DNA from: PVC group bacterium
Lineage (GTDB): Bacteria; Auribacterota; Erginobacteria; Erginobacterales; Erginobacteraceae
DNA length: 16,706 nucleotides
Direction of reading: 5' to 3'
Assembly (NCBI GenBank): GCA_043804695.1
Contig: JAZDIV010000091.1
Span: 1 to 16,706 of the forward strand
Positions 1 to 8,759 of the stretch are shown here, one piece after another. A model generated the notes under the pieces. It saw only the letters and a program-made list of their open reading frames with translations, was not told the DNA's origin and ran no database searches. Within the stretch, counting starts at the first letter, position 1, and every line of letters begins with the position of its first letter. The translations under genes were made by a program, and so were the position numbers.

Positions 1-371
<371 letters not shown>

Positions 372-372
<1 letters not shown>

Positions 373-498
373 TTTATTTTCCTCCCGTCATCTTCCGCCT
401 ATTTTAAAATTAAACTGATTTTACCCATTTATTAAAACTATCTATCATACTCACATCACAACCAAGAGCCGGCGGAACATGACGGGAGGAAAATAAAA
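372..498. repeat. 28-bp inverted repeat (27/28 match) with 71-nt AT-rich spacer, overlapping the tuf SD and the A of its ATG
   Basis: 372-399 TTTTATTTTCCTCCCGTCATCTTCCGCC versus reverse complement of 471-498 TTTTATTTTCCTCCCGTCATGTTCCGCC. Confidence 0.95.
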
Positions 499-585
499 AC
501 GATAGTGATTCTCATATCTCCCCTCATCTCACCGTCCTTCCCTATGCCATCGCCTCGCGGTTAGTTGTTTGATCAACTGTCATTA

Positions 586-608
586 CTATTTTTCCGCAGG
601 AAAAATAG
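586..608. repeat. 10-bp perfect hairpin with c(GCA)g triloop
   Basis: CTATTTTTCC-GCA-GGAAAAATAG. Confidence 0.85.
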
Positions 609-614
609 CAGCAT

Positions 615-659
615 TTAAAATTCCCTGAGCCGGATTTTATCCGGCTCAGGGAATTTTAA
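615..659. repeat. 21-bp perfect hairpin overlapping the fusA stop codon
   Basis: TTAAAATTCCCTGAGCCGGAT-TTT-ATCCGGCTCAGGGAATTTTAA. No clear U-tract follows on the minus strand, so terminator function is uncertain. Confidence 0.9.
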
Positions 660-2682
660 TATCGAAGTACGCCGGCTCCATGGTGTAGCTGCCGCGGCCC
701 TGGGTCAGAGACCTGAGCACGGTCGCGTATCCGAAAAGCTCCGCCAGGGGAACCAGGCTCCGAATGACCACCCGTTTCGGGTTCTTCACCGTCTCGCAAA
801 TCTTCCCGCGCCGCGCTCCGGTATCCGCGATAACCCCTCCGATGCACTCCGGCGGGATGATTGCCTGCAGCCTCATGATCGGCTCCAACAGGATCGGTCC
901 CGCTCTTCTCACCGCGTTCTTGAACGCGATCGCCGCGGCGGCCGTGAAAGCGAGCTCCGTCGAGTCGGTTTCGTGAAAACTTCCCCCGGTCACGGTGACG
1001 ATGATATCGGTCATCGGGTAGCCGGCGATGTAGCCGGTCCGGGCGGCATCCTCAATCCCCTCCCGCACGGCGGGGATGAAATCCGCCGGAATCTCGGAGC
1101 TTTTCACCGCTTCCTTGATCACGAAACCGCTGCCGCGGGGCGCCGGGTTAACATCCAGAATCACGTGGCCGTACTGCGTCTTGCCTCCGGTCTGACGGAC
1201 AAACTTGCTCTCTCCCCGCTTGCGCTCCTCGATCGTTTCCCGGTAGGCGACGCTGGGGATCCCCATCCTGATCCGGATCGAGAACTCCCGGAACGCCCGC
1301 TCGCCCAGAACCTGCAGATGCAGTTCCCCCATCCCCGAGATAATGGTCTGGCCCGTCTCTTCATCCCGGCGCACCTTGAAGGTCGGGTCTTCCGCGGCGA
1401 GCTTGTTCAGGACATCCTCCATCTTCTCCGATTCCGCCGGACTGTGCGGCTCGACCGCCATCGAGATGACCGGCTCGGCAAACCGCATCCCTTCCAGGAG
1501 GTCCGAACATCCCATTTCCGAGAGCGTATCGCCGGTGGCGACGCGCTCGAGGCCGACCACCGCCGCAATGTCTCCGGGGCCGATTTCCTGGCACTCCTCC
1601 CGCCGGTTGGCGTGCATCTCCAGGATCCGGCTGATCCGCTCTTTCCGGCGGTTGGAAGCGTTAAAAACCTTCTGGCCTTTCTTCATCAAACCGCAGTACA
1701 TCCTGACATAAACAAGCTTTCCGCAATAATCGTCGCTCATGATTTTGAAAACCAGGGCGGTCAGGGGCCCGTTCGGGTCCGGGGGGCGCGCTGTCTCCTT
1801 TCCTTCCCGGTTAAAAACCCGCACCGGCGGCACGTCCGCGGGCGAGGGAAGAAAGTCAACGATCGCGTCAAGCAACGACCGGGCGCCGATGTTCCGGAGC
1901 GCCGCACCGCAGAGGACGGGAACGATCTTCCCCGCCAGGGTGCACCGCCGCAGCACTTCTTGTATCCTAGTTCCGCCCACCTTCTTGCCGTCCAAATAAT
2001 CCGTCAACAGCCCATCGTCGTGTTCCGCCAGCGCTTCCAGAAGTACATTGCGGGCTCTCTCGGCCGGCTCCTTGAGATCGTCCGGCAGCGGGGAGCGCTC
2101 GGGCTCCCCTCCCTGCTCCGTGGAGGGAAAGCTGATCGCCTGGTTGTTGATCAGGTCGATCACCCCCCGGAAGGTCTCCTCGGATCCCCAGGGGATCTGG
2201 ATCGGGACCGCGGCCGCGCCCAGTTTATTTTTCATCGCGTCCACCACGGCCGGGAAATCGGCCCCGGTGCGGTCCATCTTGTTCACAAAAGCGATCCGGG
2301 GTATCCCGTACCGGTCGGCCTGATGCCAGACCGTCTCCGACTGCGGCTCGACCCCGCCGACGGCGCAGAAAACCGCCACCACGCCGTCCAGGACCCGGAG
2401 GCAGCGCTCGACTTCAGCGGTGAAGTCAACATGACCCGGGGTGTCGATGATGGTGATCCGGTGGTTCTTCCAGTAGCAGCAGGTCGCCGCCGAGGTGATG
2501 GTGATTCCCCGCTCCTGCTCCTGCTCCATCCAGTCCATGCTGGCGGTTCCTTCGTCCACCTCCCCGATTCGATAGACCTTGCCGGTGTAGAAGAGAATCC
2601 TTTCGGTGGTGGTGGTCTTCCCGGCGTCGATGTGAGCCATGATGCCGATGTTTCTGATTTTATTGTGCGGGACGCCGTTCAT
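646..2682 (-). CDS. fusA: Elongation factor G (divergent, EF-G2-like features)
   Basis: [57 protein letters not shown] motifs; position between rpsG and tuf; 678 aa. Confidence 0.97.
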   Translation of the reverse strand: MNGVPHNKIRNIGIMAHIDAGKTTTTERILFYTGKVYRIGEVDEGTASMDWMEQEQERGITITSAATCCYWKNHRITIIDTPGHVDFTAEVERCLRVLDGVVAVFCAVGGVEPQSETVWHQADRYGIPRIAFVNKMDRTGADFPAVVDAMKNKLGAAAVPIQIPWGSEETFRGVIDLINNQAISFPSTEQGGEPERSPLPDDLKEPAERARNVLLEALAEHDDGLLTDYLDGKKVGGTRIQEVLRRCTLAGKIVPVLCGAALRNIGARSLLDAIVDFLPSPADVPPVRVFNREGKETARPPDPNGPLTALVFKIMSDDYCGKLVYVRMYCGLMKKGQKVFNASNRRKERISRILEMHANRREECQEIGPGDIAAVVGLERVATGDTLSEMGCSDLLEGMRFAEPVISMAVEPHSPAESEKMEDVLNKLAAEDPTFKVRRDEETGQTIISGMGELHLQVLGERAFREFSIRIRMGIPSVAYRETIEERKRGESKFVRQTGGKTQYGHVILDVNPAPRGSGFVIKEAVKSSEIPADFIPAVREGIEDAARTGYIAGYPMTDIIVTVTGGSFHETDSTELAFTAAAAIAFKNAVRRAGPILLEPIMRLQAIIPPECIGGVIADTGARRGKICETVKNPKRVVIRSLVPLAELFGYATVLRSLTQGRGSYTMEPAYFDIKIP

Positions 2683-2783
2683 GACGGATGCCTGAAATAC
2701 TTAAGTAACGGAAGATTGTAGTGGCGGTGTCCGCGGCGGGAGGGCGGCCCGGAATTCCAGGCCGGCGAGCTGGTTTTAAAAAA

Positions 2784-2824
2784 AACACATCAACACATCA
2801 ACACTTCCAATGTTCCATTCCTCC
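2784..2824. repeat. Degenerate 8-mer tandem repeat
   Basis: AACACATC AACACATC AACACTTC CAATGTTC CATTCCTC. Confidence 0.6.
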
Positions 2825-2852
2825 GTTTTATAACATATTGAGCGGCAGATGA

Positions 2853-2903
2853 TAACCAGGATTATTCATGATAATTTTCAATTTTCATGAATAATCCGGG
2901 TTA
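2853..2903. repeat. 24-bp hairpin (2 mismatches) including the rpsG stop codon
   Basis: TAACCAGGATTATTCATGATAATT-TTC-AATTTTCATGAATAATCCGGGTTA. Confidence 0.85.
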
Positions 2904-3371
2904 CCACTTGTAATGGGCGAAGGCCTTGTTGGCTTCCGCCATCTTATGGGTATTCTGTTTTTTCTTGACGGCGGCGCCCTGATTCTGATAGGCGTCCATC
3001 AGTTCCGCCGCCAGCTTCTGGCTGAAGGGAATCCCCTTTCGGGCCCGGCTGAAACTCAATATCCACCGGATCGCCAGCGCCGTCCGGCGGTCCTGCGAAA
3101 CCTCGACCGGAATCTGGTAGGTCGCCCCGCCGACCCGCCGGGAACGGACCTCCAGAAAAGGTTTGACATTCTCAAGCGCTTTCTGGAACACCTCCAGCGG
3201 TTCCTGGCCGCTGCGCTCCTCGACGATGTCCATCGCCTGATAGAACATGCGCTCGGCCACGTTTTTCTCCCCGGCCACCATGGAATTATTGATAAAACGC
3301 GCCACCAGTTCGCTGTGGAAGCGCGGGTCGGGCGTGAGATCGCGCTGGATGGATTTTTTCTTGCGCCCCAT
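2901..3371 (-). CDS. rpsG: 30S ribosomal protein S7
   Basis: PDPRFHSELVARFIN, EVRSRRVGGATYQIPVEV, HKMAEANKAFAHY; SD AAGGAGG. Confidence 0.99.
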   Translation of the reverse strand: MGRKKKSIQRDLTPDPRFHSELVARFINNSMVAGEKNVAERMFYQAMDIVEERSGQEPLEVFQKALENVKPFLEVRSRRVGGATYQIPVEVSQDRRTALAIRWILSFSRARKGIPFSQKLAAELMDAYQNQGAAVKKKQNTHKMAEANKAFAHYKW

Positions 3372-3413
3372 TATGTGTATCCTCCTTATAAATTAGCGCC
3401 TCCGGCGCAACTT

Positions 3414-3530
3414 GGTGACGGTTACGGTGACGAGGCCCGTTTCGTCTGCCGGTTACGGTTACGTGCGCCCAGCGAGGCGGCCGTTACCGTTACCCTCACC
3501 GATACGGGCATCGTTACCCTTACCGTTACC
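3414..3530. repeat. ~117-bp imperfect foldback built from hexamer repeats (GGTKAC on the left, CGTTAC/GTTACC on the right)
   Basis: Hexamer arrays flank an internal stem CGAGGCCCGTTTCG (3431-3444) / CGATACGGGCATCG (3500-3513), 12/14 complementary. Confidence 0.8.
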
Positions 3531-3579
3531 GTTTATTGAAATTACGAAGCAGTAAATTATCGATGAAAGCGCTCATTTA

Positions 3580-3972
3580 TTACTTCTTGGGCCTCTTGAC
3601 CCCATAGAGGGAACGGCTCCGGGCCCGGGGACGTCCTTCTTTGTCGCCCTCCACCCCCATGCAGTCAAGGGCGCCGCGGACGATGTGATAACGGACACCG
3701 GGCAGGTCTTTGACCCGCCCCCCCCGCACCAGCACCAGGGAGTGCTCCTGGAGATTATGGCCGACGCCGGGGATATAGGCGGTTATCTCCATGTTGTTCG
3801 TCAGCCGGACCCGGGCGATTTTTCGCAGAGCCGAGTTCGGCTTCTTGGGCGTGGCGGTCTTTACCATCAGGCAAACACCCCGCCGCTGCGGGCATTTTTC
3901 CAGCGCCGGCGCTTTCCTCTTCTTCACCGCGCATCTTCGGCCCCGGCGCACCAGTTGATTGATTGTCGGCAT
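3580..3972 (-). CDS. rpsL: 30S ribosomal protein S12
   Basis: [50 protein letters not shown]. Confidence 0.99.
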   Translation of the reverse strand: MPTINQLVRRGRRCAVKKRKAPALEKCPQRRGVCLMVKTATPKKPNSALRKIARVRLTNNMEITAYIPGVGHNLQEHSLVLVRGGRVKDLPGVRYHIVRGALDCMGVEGDKEGRPRARSRSLYGVKRPKK

Positions 3973-4006
3973 AGCTGTGATTCCCCTTTGAAGGTTATAA
4001 ATTTGC

Positions 4007-4037
4007 TTCGCCTGCCTGCCTTCGGCAGGCAGGCGAA
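4007..4037. repeat. 14-bp perfect hairpin with c(GAA)g loop on the minus strand, between rpoC and rpsL
   Basis: TTCGCCTGCCTGCC-TTC-GGCAGGCAGGCGAA. Confidence 0.85.
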
Positions 4038-4044
4038 AATCGGG

Positions 4045-7000
4045 TTACTCGGCAATCTCCTTCGTCTCTTCGCCGTTTTCTCTCGCCATCAAGCGCTGTT
4101 TCTTCAGCTCCGGCAAGCCGTCGCCGCCGGGGATCAGGTGGCCCATGATCACGTTCTCCTTGAACCCCTTGAGCGAATCAACCTTGGAGCCGGCAGCGGC
4201 ATCGGTCAGGATCCGGGTGGTCTCCTGGAAGGAGGCGGCGGAGATGAAACTCTCGGTGGCCAGAGAGGCCTTGGTGATGCCGAGCAGAAGATTCTTCGAC
4301 CGGGCCGTCCCCGACAGCCCCTTGGCTTTGATCCGCTCGTTCTCCTTAAAAAACGTGAACCGGTCCACCTGCTCATCGTAGAGGAAATCGGTATCGCCCG
4401 GATCGGTCACCTGCACCTTGCTTACCATCTGCCGGACGATGGTCTCGATGTGCTTGTCGTTGATCTTGACCCCCTGCAGGCTGTACACCTTCTGGACTTC
4501 GTTGATCAGATACTCCTGAAGTCCCTCCATGCCGCTGACCTCGAGCATCTCCTGAAGAACGATCGGTCCGTCGGTCAGCTTCTGTCCTTTCTGCACCTTC
4601 TCGCCGTCATGAACGATGATGTGGGTCCCCAGGGGGATCAGGTGCTCCTCCGCCCGCTTGGTCTTGGGGTCTTTGACCAGGAGCGTGAGCTTTCCCCGTT
4701 TCCGCGGACCGAATTCCACTTCGCCGCTGATCTGGGCGATCGTGGCGGCGTCCTTGGGCCGGCGGGCCTCGAAAAGCTCGGCCACCCGGGAGAGCCCGCC
4801 GGTAATGTCCGCCGTCTTGGTCATCTTGCGCGGGGTCCGGGCTATTCTCGCTCCCGCCTCGACTTCGGCGCCGTTTTCGACTTCGACGATCGCGCCCGAG
4901 GGGATCAGGTGCGGCTCCCGGATGCGGTCGGGGTTTTTCGCGTCCACGATGTTGATCTGGGGATGGAGCTCGTGCCCCGTCATCGACTGGATGATCCGTT
5001 CGATCCTGTTCTTCGACCGCTGGACCTTCATCGTCTCGCCTTCGATGATGTCCACGTACTGAACGCGGCCGCCCGATCCGCTCAGGATGGGCGTGCTGTG
5101 CGGATCCCAGCGGACCAGCAGCTTCCCCTGCTTCACCTTCTCCCCGTCGGTCGCGAAGAGCTCGGAGCCGACCTCGATCTTGTAGCGCGCCTGTTCCCGG
5201 CCGTCCTTTCCCGCGGAGTCAAACAGGGAGATGGATCCCCCGGACTTCAGAACCAGATAGCGCCCCTCTTCTCCCTTGACCGTCTCCAGATGCTGATCAT
5301 ACCGGACAACCCCATCCTGTCCGGCCAGAATCTCAGGCTGCCGGGTGAAGATGCTGGCCGTGCCCCCGATATGGAAGGTGCGCATGGTGAGCTGGGTCCC
5401 CGGCTCGCCGATGGACTGGGCGGAGATGATCCCCACCGCGTCGCCCAGGCTGCTCATCCGCTGGTTGGCCAGATTCCGGCCGTAGCAGAAGGAGCAGACC
5501 CCTTCCGGGGCCTCGCAGGTCAGGATGGAACGGATCCGGACCTCCTCCACCCCGTTGTCTTCGATCTCCCGGGCCAGCTCGGAGGTGATCTCCTGTCCCC
5601 GCCTGACGATGACCTTCCCGTCCCGCCCCTTCACCGTCTCCTGGCTGACCCTTCCCTTAATCCTCTCGCTGATCGGGATGACCACGTCTCCCTCCTCCAC
5701 CAGGGACCTGACCCGGCGACCTTTGAAGGTACCGCAGTCTTCCATGCTGATGATGACGTCCTGGGCGACATCGACCAGACGGCGGGTTAAATATCCTGAA
5801 TCCGCCGTCTTCAGGGCGGTGTCGGCCAGTCCTTTCCGGGCGCCGTGGGTCGAGATAAAATATTCCAGAACGCTCAGCCCGTCCCGGAAGTTGGAAATGA
5901 TGGGATACTCAATGATCTCCCCCGAGGGCTTGGCCATCAAGCCCCTCATACCCGCGATCTGCTGGATCTGTTCCATGCTGCCCCGGGCGCCGGAGTCCAT
6001 CATCATGTACAGGGGATTCAGCCCCGGTTCGCCGTCCGCCTGGAGATCCTCGAAAACCCGGACCGAGAGGTCGCGGGACGCCCGGGACCAGATGTCCAGC
6101 TTCCGGTTGTAATTTTCCTGGGCGGTCAGCTTCCCCGCATCGTATGAACGTTGGGCGGCGGCCACCTCCCGGCCCGCCCGGCGGATGATGTCTTCCTTGT
6201 CCTTCGGCTGGACCATGTCCTTCATGCCCAGCGAGAGCCCGGACCAGGTCGCGCTCTCGAACCCCATGTCCTTGATCCGGTCGAGAACGTGAACCGTCTC
6301 CTCGTGCCCCACGATTGCGTAGCAGCGGGCGACGATCTCGCTGAGGTCTTTCTTTCCCACCTGCTGATTGATGAAAGGGATCTCGGGGGGGAAGATCTGG
6401 TTGAAGATCACCCGGCCGGCGGTGGTGCAGTCCTTCCACTCGGAAGAGGGAAGGGCATTGCCTTTGGCATCGGTTTCGGCCAGCTGTTTCGTGATCCCCT
6501 GAATTTTGATCGGCTGGTGAAGAGTGATCGCTTTCTCGGCCAGGGCGAGCAGGACTTCATTTTCATCGGTAAAAGGCTTCAGCGCCGTTTCGTCTCCCGG
6601 GGCGGACCGGGTCAGGTAATAACACCCCAGCGCGATGTCCTGGGTCGGGTTCGCGATCGGTTCTCCGCTGGCCGGCGAAAAGATGTTATTGGGCGCGTAC
6701 ATCAGGAGCCGGGCTTCCAGCTGGGCTTCATTGGAAAGCGGGACGTGGACCGCCATCTGGTCTCCGTCAAAATCGGCGTTGAAGGCGGTGCAGACCAGTG
6801 GGTGGATCCGGATCGCTTTTCCCTCGACGAGGATCGGATCAAAGGCCTGGATCCCCAGCCGGTGCAGGGTCGGGGCGCGATTGAGAAGAACGGGATGATT
6901 CTGGATGACTTCATCGAGAACGTCCCAGACCTGCTTCTCCTGCTTTTCAATCATCTTCTTGGCGGAGCGGATCGTGTGGACGTATCCCAGTTCCTTCAGC

Positions 7001-8631
7001 CGGTGGATGATGAACGGCTCGAAAAGCTCGAGCGCCATCTCCTTGGGCAGACCGCACTGATTGAGCTTGAGCTCGGGGCCGACGACGATCACCGAGCGGC
7101 CCGAGTAATCGACCCGTTTCCCGAGCAGGTTCTGGCGGAAGCGTCCCTGCTTCCCTTTCAGGTTGTCGCTGAGCGACTTCAGGGGGCGGTTGCCGGCGCC
7201 CAGCACCGCCCGGCCCTGGCGGCCGTTGTCGAAGAGAGCGTCGACCGCCTCCTGGAGCATCCTCTTTTCGTTGCGGACGATGACATCCGGGGTCTTGAGC
7301 TGGAGAATGCTCTTCAGCCGGTTGTTCCGGTTGATGACGCGACGATAGAGATCATTGAGATCGGAAGTGGCGAAGCGGCCACCCTCCAGCGGCACCAGGG
7401 GCCGGAGATCGGGCGGGATGACCGGGATCACATCCAGAATCATCCACTCCGGCCGGGTCTGGGAGATGAGAAAGTTGTTCACGATCCGGAGACGCTTGGC
7501 CAACTTCTTCTTCATCTGGATTGACCTGGTCTGCTGGAGCTGCTTCTTTAAAAGCGAAGCCAGCCGGTCCAGGTCCTCGCCGACCGGAACCTTCAGCTTT
7601 TCCAGCGCCCCGATCATCTGCCCGGCGAGCACGGACGAATAGACATCGAGGTACTCCGCCTTCATGGTTTCCAGGTCTTTCTGGGCGGCCGCCAGTTTTT
7701 TGGGCGGCAGTTTCTCGTAGTCCCGGTAGGCGGACGCGTATTCGACCGCCGACCGCCCGATCTCCTTGTCCCCGACGGTCTGCTGACAGATCACTTCCGG
7801 AGTCACTTCGTCCCGGGGGGAGGACCAGCTGAGCCCGTCCAGATATTCTTTCGCCGCTTCGCCGCACAGGACCTCCAGCTCCTCGGGCTTGAAAACACCG
7901 CCCGTTTTCAGATTTTTCTTGTAGTCCCGGGCGATCAGAGCGGCCAGCGTCTCTTTCTCGCCGTCATCCGGCGGGATGTCCCGGATCATCTCCTTGCCGC
8001 AGCTCAGCAGTTTTTGCACCGCCTCCGCCCCGATCAACGCCTCGAATTCATCGTCATACTTGCTGACAGAGGAGTGATATTCCTCCTCCGTCATGAGCTG
8101 TTTCGCGGAAACCCCTCCGTTCAGGCCGCTGGTTTTTATCCCGGTCTTGACGTAATCGTACTTATCCCGCAGGTTCATCTTCCCGGGGTTGACGACGATG
8201 TAATTCTCGTAATAGATCACGCTTTCCAGCAGCCGGGTCGAGAGGTTGAGGACATTCCCGATCCGGCTGGGCGCGCTCTTCAGAAACCAGATGTGGGAGA
8301 CGGGAACAGCGAGATCGATCACCCCCATCCGCTCCCTCCGGACGCTGGAGAGGGTGACCTCCACGCCGCAGCGGTCGCAGACCACCCCTTTGTGCTTGAT
8401 CCGCTTGTATTTCCCGCAGGCGCACTCCCAGTCCTTGGTCGGGCCGAAAATCTTCTCACAGAAGAGACCGTCTTTTTCGGGCTTGAAAGTCCGGTAGTTG
8501 ATAGTCTCGGGAGTTTTGACCTCCCCGTATGACCAAGACCGGATGGCCTCGGGAGAGGCGATGCGGATGGTGACCTGATCGAAGATGTTTTCGCTCTCGA
8601 CTCCGAACAGATGAACTGCTTTGGTATCCAT
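4045..8631 (-). CDS. rpoC: DNA-directed RNA polymerase beta' subunit (with a lineage-specific N-terminal insert and an SI3-type insert)
   Basis: Zn finger CACGK...[15 protein letters not shown], catalytic [43 protein letters not shown]; 1528 aa. Confidence 0.99.
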   Translation of the reverse strand: MDTKAVHLFGVESENIFDQVTIRIASPEAIRSWSYGEVKTPETINYRTFKPEKDGLFCEKIFGPTKDWECACGKYKRIKHKGVVCDRCGVEVTLSSVRRERMGVIDLAVPVSHIWFLKSAPSRIGNVLNLSTRLLESVIYYENYIVVNPGKMNLRDKYDYVKTGIKTSGLNGGVSAKQLMTEEEYHSSVSKYDDEFEALIGAEAVQKLLSCGKEMIRDIPPDDGEKETLAALIARDYKKNLKTGGVFKPEELEVLCGEAAKEYLDGLSWSSPRDEVTPEVICQQTVGDKEIGRSAVEYASAYRDYEKLPPKKLAAAQKDLETMKAEYLDVYSSVLAGQMIGALEKLKVPVGEDLDRLASLLKKQLQQTRSIQMKKKLAKRLRIVNNFLISQTRPEWMILDVIPVIPPDLRPLVPLEGGRFATSDLNDLYRRVINRNNRLKSILQLKTPDVIVRNEKRMLQEAVDALFDNGRQGRAVLGAGNRPLKSLSDNLKGKQGRFRQNLLGKRVDYSGRSVIVVGPELKLNQCGLPKEMALELFEPFIIHRLKELGYVHTIRSAKKMIEKQEKQVWDVLDEVIQNHPVLLNRAPTLHRLGIQAFDPILVEGKAIRIHPLVCTAFNADFDGDQMAVHVPLSNEAQLEARLLMYAPNNIFSPASGEPIANPTQDIALGCYYLTRSAPGDETALKPFTDENEVLLALAEKAITLHQPIKIQGITKQLAETDAKGNALPSSEWKDCTTAGRVIFNQIFPPEIPFINQQVGKKDLSEIVARCYAIVGHEETVHVLDRIKDMGFESATWSGLSLGMKDMVQPKDKEDIIRRAGREVAAAQRSYDAGKLTAQENYNRKLDIWSRASRDLSVRVFEDLQADGEPGLNPLYMMMDSGARGSMEQIQQIAGMRGLMAKPSGEIIEYPIISNFRDGLSVLEYFISTHGARKGLADTALKTADSGYLTRRLVDVAQDVIISMEDCGTFKGRRVRSLVEEGDVVIPISERIKGRVSQETVKGRDGKVIVRRGQEITSELAREIEDNGVEEVRIRSILTCEAPEGVCSFCYGRNLANQRMSSLGDAVGIISAQSIGEPGTQLTMRTFHIGGTASIFTRQPEILAGQDGVVRYDQHLETVKGEEGRYLVLKSGGSISLFDSAGKDGREQARYKIEVGSELFATDGEKVKQGKLLVRWDPHSTPILSGSGGRVQYVDIIEGETMKVQRSKNRIERIIQSMTGHELHPQINIVDAKNPDRIREPHLIPSGAIVEVENGAEVEAGARIARTPRKMTKTADITGGLSRVAELFEARRPKDAATIAQISGEVEFGPRKRGKLTLLVKDPKTKRAEEHLIPLGTHIIVHDGEKVQKGQKLTDGPIVLQEMLEVSGMEGLQEYLINEVQKVYSLQGVKINDKHIETIVRQMVSKVQVTDPGDTDFLYDEQVDRFTFFKENERIKAKGLSGTARSKNLLLGITKASLATESFISAASFQETTRILTDAAAGSKVDSLKGFKENVIMGHLIPGGDGLPELKKQRLMARENGEETKEIAE

Positions 8632-8664
8632 TTAACTATGACCTCTTATGGAACGTAGCTTCAC

Positions 8665-8733
8665 AATGTACGGGCGAATCTTGTATTCGCCCACCGATGG
8701 CATTTGGGCGATCACAAGGATCGCCCCTACATT
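8665..8733. repeat. Inverted doublet of GTAG-type REP sequences (REPIN-like)
   Basis: GTACGGGCGAATCTTGTATTCGCCC (8668-8692, plus) and GTAGGGGCGATCCTTGTGATCGCCC (8706-8730, minus); outer flanks AATGTA/TACATT. Confidence 0.8.
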
Positions 8734-8759
8734 TATATATCTATTACCTGAACAGGCAA

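Noticed and set aside
2683..2830. Leader peptide or frameshift extension of fusA via the U8 run
   Set aside because: An in-frame TAA at 2701-2703 blocks extension, and ORFs after the orphan SD are only a few codons long.
3414..3530. CRISPR array, or coding of the VTVTLT repeat in ORF 2913..3539
   Set aside because: Units are 6 bp with no unique spacers, and that ORF is antisense to rpsG.
4007..4037. Intrinsic terminator after rpoC
   Set aside because: No U-tract directly follows the stem on the coding strand; kept as a repeat only.
4810..5360. Large insert in the RpoC trigger loop as a novelty
   Set aside because: Position and size (~190 aa) match the known SI3/beta'i6 insertion.
7579..8001. 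RpoC insert as a mini-intein, since it begins with Cys
   Set aside because: No C-terminal His-Asn/Gln followed by Cys/Ser/Thr, and no recognisable Hint block motifs.
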